A stretch of DNA of 64,000 nt from Epiperipatus broadwayi. Taxonomy: Eukaryota > Animalia > Onychophora. The notes under the pieces were generated by a model. It did no database searches and was not told the origin of the DNA. It saw nothing but the letters and a program-made list of their open reading frames with translations. Below are positions 51,943-64,000 of the stretch, one piece after another; position 1 is the first letter of the stretch; every line of letters starts with the position of its first letter. The stretch lies in assembly GCA_028023455.1 (NCBI GenBank), contig JAQFVV010000003.1, positions 27,900,001-27,964,000 on the forward strand, given 5' to 3'. The position numbers and the translations under genes are program-made.

Positions 51943-52644
51943 GTCACGTTCCTTTTTTTCCATATCATCTCCTTCAGAATCTCCTAATTTATTTCGCTGA
52001 AGAGCTTCAAGATTTTGTTTATGTAAATCGGATATTTGTTGATGTCGAGTTAAAGCTTCTTTAGTTTGAAATTGTCTTTTGCAAAGAAGACAAGCCAATT
52101 TGGACCAATCCACTAATTTTAGTTCTAAGTTTGTATCATCATCTTCAGATTCGGAATCGCTTTCACTACCATATGCTGCTACAATTGATAAATTGGAAGC
52201 TTTAGTAGAACCTTTTGGAGGTGGAGGAGGCATCAAAGCCTTTTCTTCTGTTTGTTTTTTTCTAACAACTTCCATAGTTACAACTCGCTCAGCTGCAGTA
52301 GTTCTTTTTTCTAACATTGCATAACCTGCATCAGCAGTAGGACTTGGTTTAGAATCTCCCAACATTGTTGGAAATTGTCCAATAGGTACAAAACCTTGTT
52401 TAAATCCTTCCTTTTTCTGATTAAGAGTTTTAGCCCATTTTTCCATATCTTTGGCTATTTTTTTAGCTATTTTTACTCGATCTTGTTTATTATCCTTCTC
52501 TTTTTTGGGCTTTTCTTTATTCTGAATATTTAAATTACTAGCCATGTTTGCCGCAGAACCATCCTCAGAAGTTGGTGCAGGTAAATAACTACGTTTTTCT
52601 GCATCCCAATACAAAAACTGTTGTGTTTGGGCATTATAATAATA
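51943..52644 (-). CDS. RBM5: RBM5/RBM10 homolog exon: OCRE C-half, KIAKDMEKWAK helix, C2H2 zinc finger
   Basis: TAG|TAT...GAC|GTAAGT; 702 nt open; YYYNAQTQQFLYWDAEK, ADAGYAMLEK, LVDWSKLACLLCKRQF...HQQISDLHKQNL. Confidence 0.98.
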
Positions 52645-53057
52645 CTACACATAAAAATATATATAACATTTACTGTTTTTCAAATAAATAATTAATCAAT
52701 GTTCAATAATTACATAAATGTATACATATAAAAGTGCTTATAACCTTAAATTGGTACACATTATCATTTATTCTGATAGAAAACAATTCTTCTTAATGAT
52801 TAAAAAAAGAACTTATTTAAAAAAACTCACAAATTCAATTTGCTTAATATTATTTCATTAATTAGATATTAGCTACAAAAAGTAGAAATTTAAGCCAGAC
52901 AAAATCAAAAATTCATAATAAAAAATGTTTTTAACATGCTAATTATATTGCTTTTGTCTAAGATATTAAAAACAGTTCATTCATAATGATCACTTGTAAA
53001 GATTTAGCAGTATGTCTGTGAATGAATGTAAATATATAATTGCACATAAAAAAATAC

Positions 53058-53149
53058 CTGTGAATTTGCATCATAATAAAGACTGGTTAAAGGATCATAA
53101 TAATATCCAGAAGATTCATCATACTGATAAGTCGATACATCAGGGACAG
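53058..53149 (-). CDS. RBM5: RBM5/RBM10 homolog exon, OCRE domain N-half
   Basis: TTTTAG|CT GTC...CAG|GTAT; (P)[30 protein letters not shown]; phases 1 and 0. Confidence 0.98.
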
Positions 53150-54049
53150 CTAAAAAAAAACATTAAATTATAATAAATATATTTAGCACAAATGCAAAGT
53201 TTATATAAATATAAAGCTTATTAATAATATATATTCAGTCTTAGGAATCACATATATAATTTTAATATACCCAAATTTCTAATTAAATATGCCAAACAGC
53301 CTATTTATTTAAAGTAGGTCTACATAAATGCTACATCAGTGTTTTTCAAAGTCAACATAGCTATAAAGTTTGGAATAATAACTGATGCAGACATTGCATG
53401 CTTAGTTTTCATTTTAGGTTTTTTTAAAAATAGGAATTATTATTTTAACAGATGACAGTATTCTAAAGAATAAGATTAAGTAAGAGACTCAAAACATGAT
53501 TTTAAATGAAGCCTCAAGACAAGTAAAAAAAAAATTATTTTATAGCAGGACCGAATGATCTTTATCTTGGTACTCAAGTGGCATATGTGTCAAAAGTCTT
53601 CATGTGCATTCTTCTCCATATAAACTCTGACAAGTAGTGATCCAACAACTTTCTGTCAGTTCCTCTTTTCTTTTTGTTTTCTTTTTTCAAAAGACCCCAA
53701 AGACGCTCAATATTTTGTGTGTGAACGCCCGATCTCATACACTTTCTGTACTCGGCAATTTATCTGAAGAAAAGTTTCAAAATTGCACGTTCGTCTCAGA
53801 TCTTTTAGTGGTCTCGAATATTTTCCCCACCACGCTGAAACGTGACTTAGCGCGTGAGCTTTGTCGAAGCCTGTTCGAATATACACTTTGCCAATTTCTT
53901 TACATATTTACCTTTTTTTCGGGAAGGATGGGGACCATATGACAATTCTTAATAATTAACAACATTTTTTAAATCGAAATGACATTACTCTATTACGGAG
54001 ATTTGAAAAAGTCGTACCGCCTTGAAATTTAAACACCCTCAAGCAATAC

Positions 54050-54276
54050 GGTAATCAGCTACGAAAAGAACGAATACGCGTAAATAGCTTCGAAGCACAA
54101 AACAGGCCGTAATATTTTTGTGCGATGTCATGTAAAGCGGCCTGGCTCAATGGGTTAATACAATACGTAAATGTTGTATTAGCCTGTAAGGCCGCGGCCG
54201 CCGAAACAGCATTTTTATGTGTTTTGACATGTAAACAATGCCCCAAGCGGCCGAGCCCGGATTTCAGGCTTTTACC
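54050..54276 (-). mobile_element. Single Merlin-type MITE end related to the 15249/62059 family
   Basis: rc GGTAAAAGCCTGAAATCCGGGCTCGGCCGCTTGGGGCATTG followed by AAAACACATAAAAATGCTGTTTC.GCGGCCG, which is shared with the family; partner end not found. Confidence 0.6.
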
Positions 54277-54919
54277 AAAATCCATACTGAAGTGCTTTTT
54301 TTTTAATTTGTATCACAGTATATATTACTACTATATATTTATGTTTATTACTTGTGTGAAATTATTCAAATTAAAAAACAATGTTTAATTATTAATTATT
54401 TAATTGAACATAAAGACTTATTACTGTACTTCACAGTAACAAAATGCTTAATGCTTATCGTAAAGCAGTCAACTTTAGAAAAAAAAAAATCAACTTATTT
54501 TAAAAGTAAAAAATCTAACTTCTAATTTTTTAAAACATACAGCAAAGTTTTTTCTTTTTTTTAGTAATGTAATAATACCCCCCCCCTTCCCCGTAGAAGA
54601 AAATTCATCAACATTTATTTTAAATACAATCTGTTTTTCTTTTTAAACTTTTCTAATTCGACATTTGCGTTTTAAAATGTTGTTTTTCTTTTGATTTGAA
54701 ACAACTTGAGTGTAAACAACATATGTATTAACGAAGTTACAAAATCAATAACTATTTTTACTTAATTATCCAGGTGTCCTAAAAATAATCTATCCTAATT
54801 AATAAACACATGCACACAGTTTAATATTCATATTTAGTGTTTTCCTGAAAGTTTGTGATGATAGTATTTTAGTTGTCCTGTACCGTATTTATATATTGGA
54901 CTATTTCATCATCTAATAT

Positions 54920-55017
54920 GTGTTGAATGTCTTTAGAAAAATTAAACTTTATTTAAATAATCCAAGTACTGTACATTATATTTAATAAAGTTTAATTTTT
55001 CTAAAGGCATTCAACAC
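54920..55017. repeat. Near-perfect 98-nt fold-back (34-bp arms, 33/34 match)
   Basis: GTGTTGAATGTCTTTAGAAAAATTAAACTTTATT versus rc GTGTTGAATGCCTTTAGAAAAATTAAACTTTATT. Confidence 0.85.
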
Positions 55018-55228
55018 TTATATATACAGTATACAGTATTATAGATTCAGTAATTATAGATAATTTAAGTTTATATGTTCTATATTCAAAATACTGAATG
55101 CAGCACTAACATGTTTTATGAATAAAATATTGTACGTGTATACAATTACAGCAAAGTCATTATGTATATATATTACAATAATATACTTTTGCTTTTGGGT
55201 AAAATGAATTTAAAATACCTATATCTCT

Positions 55229-55351
55229 GACGTCATCAGTAACGCAAAATTCAAGATGGCTGCCAAAAAATTTTTTTTATTATTTTTTTTTGATCGTTAT
55301 AGTGAAAAATCGATTGTAAATTGAAGTAATGGGTATAAATTGATGATGATC
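55229..55351 (+). repeat. Unclassified interspersed repeat, copy 2, with CRE and YY1-like motifs
   Basis: Homologous to 40229-40352; TGACGTCA at 55228-55235 and CAAGATGGCTGCC at 55252-55264. Confidence 0.6.
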
Positions 55352-56302
55352 GCTATTGTGAAATATCGCTAAAGAGTCAATCGCTAAGCGGGGTAAAGGT
55401 GTATATATATATTGAGAATTCATAAAGACGTTAAAATGATACTTCCAGATCATATATAATATTAATAACATGCATTTTTACATTATATAGAAAGGAATTA
55501 TCTCGAAAAATTATTTTAAATTTATTCTTCAGAAAGTAAAACTACTTTTAATTGTAAAAGTTATAAGTTATTAGTATAATATTTATAAATTTATTTTTAA
55601 CTGAAAGTTAATAAAAAAATTATTAAAAATACATACACTGTGTGTTTTGTTATGTAATGTAGATGCATGTGTACTTGTATATAAACTGGAAAATTTATTT
55701 AGTAGCATCTATTTGCCCTCTGTTAATCAATAAATACTGGGAAATAAATCATGATATTATGTAAACTAATATTTATTTTGTTTGGAAAGAAAGATTCTTA
55801 AATGGATGTTTTCTATATAGTATTTAATTTTGAATACAACAACAAAACATTCTTTTAAAAAAACAACACCTTATTAATAATGATCAGCAAATGCTCATTT
55901 TATTTGAAATTTTATGTACAATAATTTTCAATTACTAAAAAACTATCTCACTTTAAAACTTATATACCAAAATTTAATACTTATGAATAACCGAATATAT
56001 TTATATGTAAACAACAATGTTTTAATTAATAAAAATAACCCATAATGTTTAAAGAGGAATGAAAAAATAATGATTAGTAATTTACTATTAAGTATAAGTT
56101 TATTCTTAAAAAAGTTGAGCAAAAGTAATTATATTTTTAAACAATTTACTAATAGCCACTCAAAAGTTTATTTTATTAATGTGTTTAGTTTGGGGCAAAG
56201 AATCCAGGCTAAATACATCTTAATAAAATATAATAATAAATAATCATAACTTAAATATAAATGAAACAAGTAATAATATCATCTCCCACTGAGTTATGTA
56301 AC

Positions 56303-56468
56303 CATCTACAATCACGAAAAGATACAATGATACCAATCTATTTTTTAGCTCTGTTGTTATATAAGTTGTCTTTTCAATCTGTAGTTTAAACTTATGTCAA
56401 ACAAGCTTATATAGCAACAGAGCTAAAACATGGATTGGTATCATTCGATCTTTTCATAGTGGTTGATG
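56303..56468. repeat. 166-nt fold-back (~65-bp imperfect arms), MITE-like
   Basis: GAAAAGATACAATGATACCAATCTATTTTTTAGCTCTGTTGTTATATAAG versus rc GAAAAGATCGAATGATACCAATCCATGTTTTAGCTCTGTTGCTATATAAG. Confidence 0.82.
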
Positions 56469-58673
56469 TTTATATATTTTAATAAAATAGTAAAAAAAAT
56501 AATAATTTCAAGAACTAGTGCTAAAAGTTAAAGGACCACAAACAACAAAACATATCAACAATTGTCAGTGCCAAATATTTATACCTAAAAAAGAAAAAAT
56601 AGAACACTTTTATTAGTCGATGGAATGTAGAAACAAAAATATCCACTGCAATAACACTTTATAAAAACAAAGTAATAAAAAAAATATTACAAATTATTTT
56701 GTTTAATAAATGACTAATATTAAGTATGTAACAAGCACCTAGTAATATTATAATATACACACAACACTACATGTAGAAATATTGAACTATTTTCCTAAAA
56801 TAATTGACATTTATTTTATAGCGCAATACTTTTTGCCAGTTTTGATCTGCAAAATATTTTTGTAATGATACACATAAGTGAGCTAGTTTGTAATTAACAA
56901 ATAAGTTCAAAGATAAAGATAGGGATTTATATATATATCATTGAATTTTTATTCAAAATATTAATTTTAGTTTTATATTACTTGAAAATAGCAATGTATA
57001 GAACAAATAGTCCATTTGATAAGTTTCCAGCATTCTATTTGAAAATTAAAATAATTTACATTGCAAATTAAAATGTAATATTTTTTAATTGAAAAAATTT
57101 GCATGAATGAATTTCGATGGATATGAGTTTCAGCGACCAGTGCTCACAACAATAAAATTGAATAATTAAGAGAAATCTATCAATGATTCATTAATATAAA
57201 CTTTATAATTCAACAAATTTTTTTACAGTCATTCACTATTATATTAAACTTCAAACATATAAAAGTATACTGGTTACAAATAAAAAATCTTATCCTAAAA
57301 GTTATTAAAATGGTGATGCTGAAAACCATATCTTATTAGAAATAGAACAAAAAATAAATTCCCAAAGCATGATGAAAAGAGTAAGAAAGAAGAAAATTGA
57401 CAGGGTGACATTGCTTTATTTGTAGATAAGACACAAACAAGACAAACAGAAACAAAAGGAACATAATCACACAAAAGATTTCTGGTCAGTAGTAGGATGG
57501 TAAAGATGAACAATGTCCCAAATGAGATTCTTATTATGCTTTCACACTTTTTAGACTTAAATAAAGTACATAACTTAAAATAACAGAGTTCAAATACATT
57601 ACAATAAAAATAAAAAAATTTACAAGATATAAGGTGAAGACAATTGTGACAAGAGGGCTGGAGTGATGCAGCAACTAAAATTATTATTCAAAATCACATT
57701 TATTTCATGTTTTGTAGCAATTTCTTTTTCACGAGGGCAAAGGTCTAATATCTTTTACCCCCCCACTACTCTCCAGGTGAAATTTTGAATGCTTTTCGAC
57801 TTTATTTTAGCCTTAGCAAAGAAGAGATTAAATATCCATTCAATGCTTAGCTGGATGACCATCTATTTGGAAATATAAAATCTAATTAGATATTGTTAAA
57901 AAAATTCAGTTTATACAATCCAGATTTGAATTCAAATCATGACACACAGCAGAAGGATGCATTATTATTTCTTCATGAGACCATGTTTATAGGCATATTT
58001 ACATAAATTTCATACAAACTCTCAAAAGATAAAAAAAAATAATAATCTTAAAATGCACGTCTAAGCAAAAAATATTTTGGTTATAATATAAGAAAACTAA
58101 TAATAATGAAATAGATAACATGACATAGAAAAATAGATGATATTAAATTAAAAAACTAACAAACAATCTAATATTTATCAAACAACTTTTTGCAAGTGAT
58201 GTCGTGATTATCTCTGATATTTTGTTAAAATACCCAATTACAGATTAATGAATGCAACTTGGAATCGTATACATGCACACGGCAATATTTATTATTTATT
58301 TACACTCCGGATCATGATAAATCTGATTTCACTTTTACTAAAAAAAACTATGTATATATCATGCAAATACTTTTCAATGCTTTGAATCTTAAACCGTTTT
58401 GAAAACAGCAGATGTAATAATTTTAATTACATAAGAACAATAATTGACTTTAAAGCCACAAAAGATGTTTCACCATCATAAAAATTGCTATTTTTTAGAC
58501 TTTTGAAATAGATGATAAAAACTAATCTTTTAAAGTAAAAATCATATTTTCTCCAGTTCTTTTAGGCAGTTCAATGACATTAAGTGAGGGAGATAAATTT
58601 CTACACATCATGCAACTCATGTTTTGGTGAAACAGAGTACTAAAAATGCGAAATCATAGCTTTTAACACTTAC

Positions 58674-58845
58674 GGTAGCTAGCTACATCAGGAGATGATT
58701 TATTCTCTGTAGAACTGCAATCATCATCTTTCTTATCTTGTTGTTGAGACCATTGTTGAGCTTCATGAGCTAAACGCTCTTCTGTCTTTCCTTCTTTTTT
58801 TGGTTGTTGCATTTGAGCAATAATTTGTTGTTGCAAATGCTGCTG
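58674..58845 (-). CDS. RBM5: RBM5/RBM10 homolog exon, Q-rich linker before OCRE
   Basis: TATAG|CAG CAG CAT...TAC C|GTAAGT; 172 nt open; the phase-1 end joins the next exon to give SYPVPDVSTY. Confidence 0.88.
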
Positions 58846-58927
58846 CTATAACACATTAACTGCGTATTAAGATGTGAAAGTTAAATTCAAACAATTTAAT
58901 TTATCATTCTTACAAAATAAACATTAC

Positions 58928-59007
58928 CTGCTGTTGATAATGCTTCACAGCTTGAACTTGTTGCATTGCATTTAAAGCTACTGCAGCAGCTGCATTGGTG
59001 GAATCGG
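58928..59007 (-). CDS. RBM5: RBM5/RBM10 homolog exon, A/Q-rich linker (most upstream exon in the window)
   Basis: TTTAG|CC GAT...CAG|GTAAT; DSTNAAAAVALNAMQQVQAVKHYQQQ; in frame across an 82-nt intron. Confidence 0.85.
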
Positions 59008-62000
59008 CTAAAGGAAATGTTTACATTTATTTTTTAATTATAAACAAAAATATATTGGCTATTACTGCGATATATTTTTTAAACAGGGATGGGGAACGGA
59101 ACCAAAAAAACATTCAAGATATTAAGGATCATATATTCCTTCCCCTTTAATGGATTAGCATTTATTCTGTTTTGTAGATGGCATTTTAAGACAGAATATA
59201 AATAATAGTCTTTAGGAAACAGAAGATAATCACAACAAAATCAATTTGCAAGCAAGTTGTTTCATTTAATTAATCATTTCTAACAATTGAAATTAATCTT
59301 TGTAACATTTTTGTTTCCATGATATTTTCTACTTTCCAACTGCTAAAACTCTTAAAGAAGCCCCATACTGAGTGCAACCACTTTTCTAGATGATTTTAAT
59401 TTGAGATTTTATTATGAACACACACACACACAACAAACATAAATTTCATAATTACATTTTTATTTTAAATAAGTGATTCTCTAAGTAGTTCCCCAGCGCT
59501 GTTTTAAAAATAAAAACCTACAAAATCTATTGACATATGATCAGCATAGTTTTTTTTTCTATTTCAGAGTTAAATTTCCTACCATATATGTGCATGTTTA
59601 TATATATTTAAAAAACAAATTACGTTCTGTATAATAAAAAATATATATTAGATTCTATTAAAAACTCAAATAAAAAATTGTAAAAAATACAGCAGAACTT
59701 TGAATGTCATGATACAAGATGAAAATCACAACAGAGAAAGATTAATAACAAAAACTTTTCATTGACTTATTATATATACAGATTTCTAATAGATCTCTCT
59801 TTGAATCGTATCAATAAAAATTAAAATAAGTAAATTATAAACATCAGATAAATGTACATCAACTTTCTTCAAACAAAGAAAAAAAATATTTCCCTTGAAG
59901 CTGCCTCTGCCTTTTACTATATTAAAATTTATAAATATAAAGTAAGTGTATAAATAAATATGGATAGGTTGATATATATAATAGACTAGATCATTTAGCT
60001 TCATTTACTGTGATAATCATAACACTAATTACTCATGTTTTTGTCATTTCACAAATTATTAAATAAAAATTACCAAAACATAAAGCAAAAAATTAAAATA
60101 CAACTATATATATAATTGAAAAAAAATCATGAGTAATAATATATGGTACCAATATATTAATGTATAGTGAAGTTAGTTAAAAAAGACGGTAAATAGTAAC
60201 AGATAAAAGAAGTTCTACTATACAGAAAAGAATGATTATATCAAATGAGTTTTTTTTTAAATATTAGATTTTGTACTTTTTATGTGTAAAAATGATCAAA
60301 TACTTATATATATAGCAAGCACACATTTGAATAAAATAGCACTAGATTAATATCTACTGAGATATTTCATATTATATTTTAAAATTATATAATTTTAATA
60401 TTTATGTACAAATTCAACAACAATCTCTGGTAATAGGCAAACTTCATGCAATCATTCCATATCTTTGCCAAGCCATATCTGACTTATTACGCTTTTTTTT
60501 AAAGCTGTTTAATCATTTTCATGTATCTAATTTTTAAACAATGATTGCATATTCAAGCTTTCAATCAATGCATTCAATAAACAAACAATTTTATTATAGT
60601 AATTTCGAGATTACTTTTCTCAATATTTTCATCAGTACCATCAACCTTAAAATCTTAATAACTAAACCAGAGATTGGCAACGCGACACTTGCAGGCACCA
60701 AGTGCCTGCCTACAACCTTTAACCCAGCAGCACGTACTAATATTTAATGGTTGTCTAAATTTTTTTAAAAAGGGCTGAACACTTATCAAACTTGTGTTTT
60801 TTTTCTAAGAGTTTTATGTTCCAATTATTATTACAACCTATGACAAAAAAAAAAAATATATAACATTAATATAGAGCTGATAGAATAATTTGATTTTATT
60901 TATTCTGTAGAAAAATGTGCGTGTTTGTTATGCAAACATGGCGGTTTCTAAAAAAAAAAAATGCATCGTAGACATTTCAATACTATTTATAAAAACTTTA
61001 ATACAAACTTTTTTTAAAATAAATCCTATAATTAGGGGAAAAAGGGAATGTCAGCTGAAACACAATAGCAAAGTATTTTTATTAAACCAATTCAAAGCAA
61101 AAAAGAGCAAAGATCACATTTTTTAAATTGCTTATTTGTTAACAAAGACAATGAATTGATTTGTAGATGGTGAGCTAATAAAAGTTATTTTTTAATGGCT
61201 ACAAAAATAAAAATGAAATAACAATACAATCAACAAAAATATTAACATGAAATTATCAGTTATTGAATCTATTGAAAAAGAACATGGTAAAATGCATTTT
61301 CTTTTCTTTTTTTTTGCAATTAGTTAAGTCCACTGATGTATCACACGTCCCAATTATCTATTGTTAGGATGATTCTTGATAATTATTCTAAACTTTACAA
61401 GGGCAATATTTTTTTAGTTTACAAACAATATGAAGAAAATAATTTTCCATTAAAAACGTTAGTTGTAATTACAATCTAGTGTTTCAGCAAAGAAAAGAAC
61501 AAACAGATTTATCATGTCATATAAAAAAGACCATTCCCAAAATTTTCAATATACAAACGGTGAGGAATATTATAAATTCAATATATAAGAACTACATCAA
61601 CACACCCAATTTTATTCAAATTAGTTTATAAGCAAATGTGGAATCTGATAATCTTACTTACTTGGAAATGCTATGGTTAGGTAGAGAAAAAGTACTTAAG
61701 AGGCTTTTTACACTTTTATTATTCTCAGATGAAGTAGTTTCTAACATCCAGAAATAAATGTTACGAACAGTTTGAAGACAAACAAGATTATTTGACCAAA
61801 AATTTCTTACAGATTTAAAATTAAGTGATTGAATTTGAGATTGCAATGCAGACATTGTCATATGCCTCAAATAATAAATGCAATGAATTCATTCAAAGTT
61901 AAATTGGCACTTTGGAAACAGCATCCATAAAAAAAAAAAAAAAAGCAAATAATATTTAGTACATTTCCAAAAATAAAAAATATTGAAAATTTTACTGATA

Positions 62001-62058
62001 ACCATGTTACTACTGCTCATTTTATGCAGTATTTTGCCATATTCCTGGAAAAAGTTAG

Positions 62059-63231
62059 GGTTGTCGTCGATGAGCCACCATATCCCACTGGATGGCGCTG
62101 TTTTCGCGCTACAACACATAAAAATGCCGTTTCCGCGGCCGACACATTCGAACCCGCGTTTTCTATAATACAACTTTTTTGTTGTACTACAGATTGCAGG
62201 CCGCTATATCGCGTCGCAGTACAGCATGTATGTTTACGCAGCAAATACATTTTCCCAATTCGCACAGTTTATAAAATGGTTACGGCTTGGGGAGAGGGTG
62301 TGTTTTTTTGAATTGGATGGGAAGGTTATTTTCATTGGATTTTTTTTTATTTTAAAGTATTGAAATGTTCAGATTTTGTAAAGTAATAATTAACAGACTT
62401 TTTACACTGTAGTGTATTGAAGTTTTAAGTAGTGAATATGTTGACGAGATATATGTATAAAGTGAATTGGAATTAGTTAACGCGTCAAGTAACGTACTGT
62501 TCGTAACATTTCCACGAGACATTTTAAGATTGTACCGTGTGTATATTTTTGAAATAAAAAAGAGCGTTAACACAAAAATATCCAGTAAGAAAAGTACAAT
62601 TGTACACTGTTTTTTTTTAAATGTCATAAAAAGCATATATTATAAACATTTTATATATATATTTGTCGTTGTTTAAAAAAGTTTTAGTTTCTTTCTTTTC
62701 TCCGACTACTGTTATACTTTGTTGAATATAGTTTATGTTTATTGTTATCATTTATTTTATAGTTGTTAGTAAAAAAAAATATTTACAAAAATACGATTTT
62801 GATATTTTTTATTTTAACCGTAAACCTAACCCTAAAATCAACCCTAAAACTAACTGTAACAACTTTTACTTGTCATTCTATTTGAAATAAAAAATAGCAG
62901 TAAACAAAAAAAAAAAAGCTGTAATCCCAGTAAAAAAATCTCCGATAGAAAATTGATTTTTCTAATAAAAAGAAAACTAAAAAAGACGAATCAAATTGTA
63001 ATTTGTTTATTTTATTTTTCATTTATTATTATCATTTAATTTGTATACGTTAATAAAAAATATTTAAAATTAAATTATATTTAAAAAAGACAATTTTCTT
63101 TTGTTTTTATTTTCGCATTACAAAAAACACATCAAAATGATTATAATTAACGGCCCGTGAATGATCATATTTTAGTTTAAGCGTGATAATTGCGCCATCC
63201 AGTGGGATATGGTTGCTCATCGATGACAACC
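62059..63231 (+). mobile_element. Merlin-type MITE (1173 bp) with intact TSD
   Basis: ~43-bp TIR GGTTGTC(G/A)TCGATGAGC(C/A)ACCATATCCCACTGGATGGCGC; perfect 8-bp TSD AAAGTTAG at 62051-62058 and 63232-63239. Confidence 0.92.
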
Positions 63232-64000
63232 AAAGTTAGTTCTAGATTTCAGTAAATTTTCTGAATTGGATTCATTTATATTTTTTATAAATCCTTTCCT
63301 TTAATAGATAAGTATATGTCTGCTAATTGAAACTTATTTTCAGATTAATAATGTAGAAGACTTAGCATTGATATAATTTTAAGAACACACCAGAAGAATA
63401 AAACATGTTAGAAATTAATAGAGAAGAATAGCTATCCTTTATTTTAAAAATGTTCTAAAAATATACTACTAAAGTTTGATATATTTATGTAGAATCTCTA
63501 TTTACAAATATATAATTCTAAGACAGTATGTAATTTCCTTATACTGAATATTTCTTGTATATGTAAATAGAGGAATTTGAACTCAGGATTTTCAGACTGA
63601 TTTATCTTCCACCCCATCTCAAGGAACTGATACACATGACCACACACATATAATAAAGACACATGATCCCCACAACATGTTATTTCATGCAAAACCAACA
63701 CTGATCAGCTGAGCCAGATCATAATCTCCTAAACATATACACAATAAGTGCTCAGTTTATATTAAAATAGCAATTCCTTAAATTTGATGGATAAGCTTCA
63801 ATCTTTTCATTCTTTCAACTATTCAACGATCAATATCATTGAAATCTGACAGTAGAACATGCAAAGCTCTTATTGGATTTGATATTGTTTTGTAGTCATA
63901 CCTATGTAGACATTACATCAATCTAACCCCTTATATTAATGGAATATTGCTTATCCATATATATTAATCGGAGAAGGATGGGCTTAACTTATACTGAATG

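Noticed and set aside
52079-52324. Plus-strand 81-aa ORF
   Set aside because: Antisense shadow of the RBM5 coding exon.
63560-63730. tRNA gene suggested by A-box-like and B-box-like motifs on the minus strand
   Set aside because: The boxes are ~130 nt apart with no cloverleaf; at most a SINE relic.

Overview
Very AT-rich eukaryotic (invertebrate, probably arthropod) genomic DNA. The only confidently recognised host gene is the 3' part of an RBM5/RBM10-family splicing regulator on the minus strand. Seven coding exons (59007 down to 27392) give a 467-aa open frame with a Q-rich linker, OCRE domain, C2H2 zinc finger and G-patch; the RRM-coding exons must lie beyond the window. Introns and the downstream 26 kb are filled with decayed transposons: a full-length Buster-type hAT with TSD, a hAT MITE, a Sola transposase relic, RTE-like LINE and SINE relics, and at least nine Merlin (IS1595-like) elements or ends. 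Most Merlin ends share a GGT-N23-CCRCTYGATGG architecture. The most unusual feature is a ~1-kb palindromic insertion (13062-14087) flanked by a 13-bp direct repeat and built from a ~350-360-nt unit. It carries five minimal type I hammerhead-ribozyme modules with a palindromic stem III, resembling a Penelope-like pseudo-LTR or non-autonomous retrozyme. All calls are by eye with no database searches, and coordinates of decayed relics are approximate.
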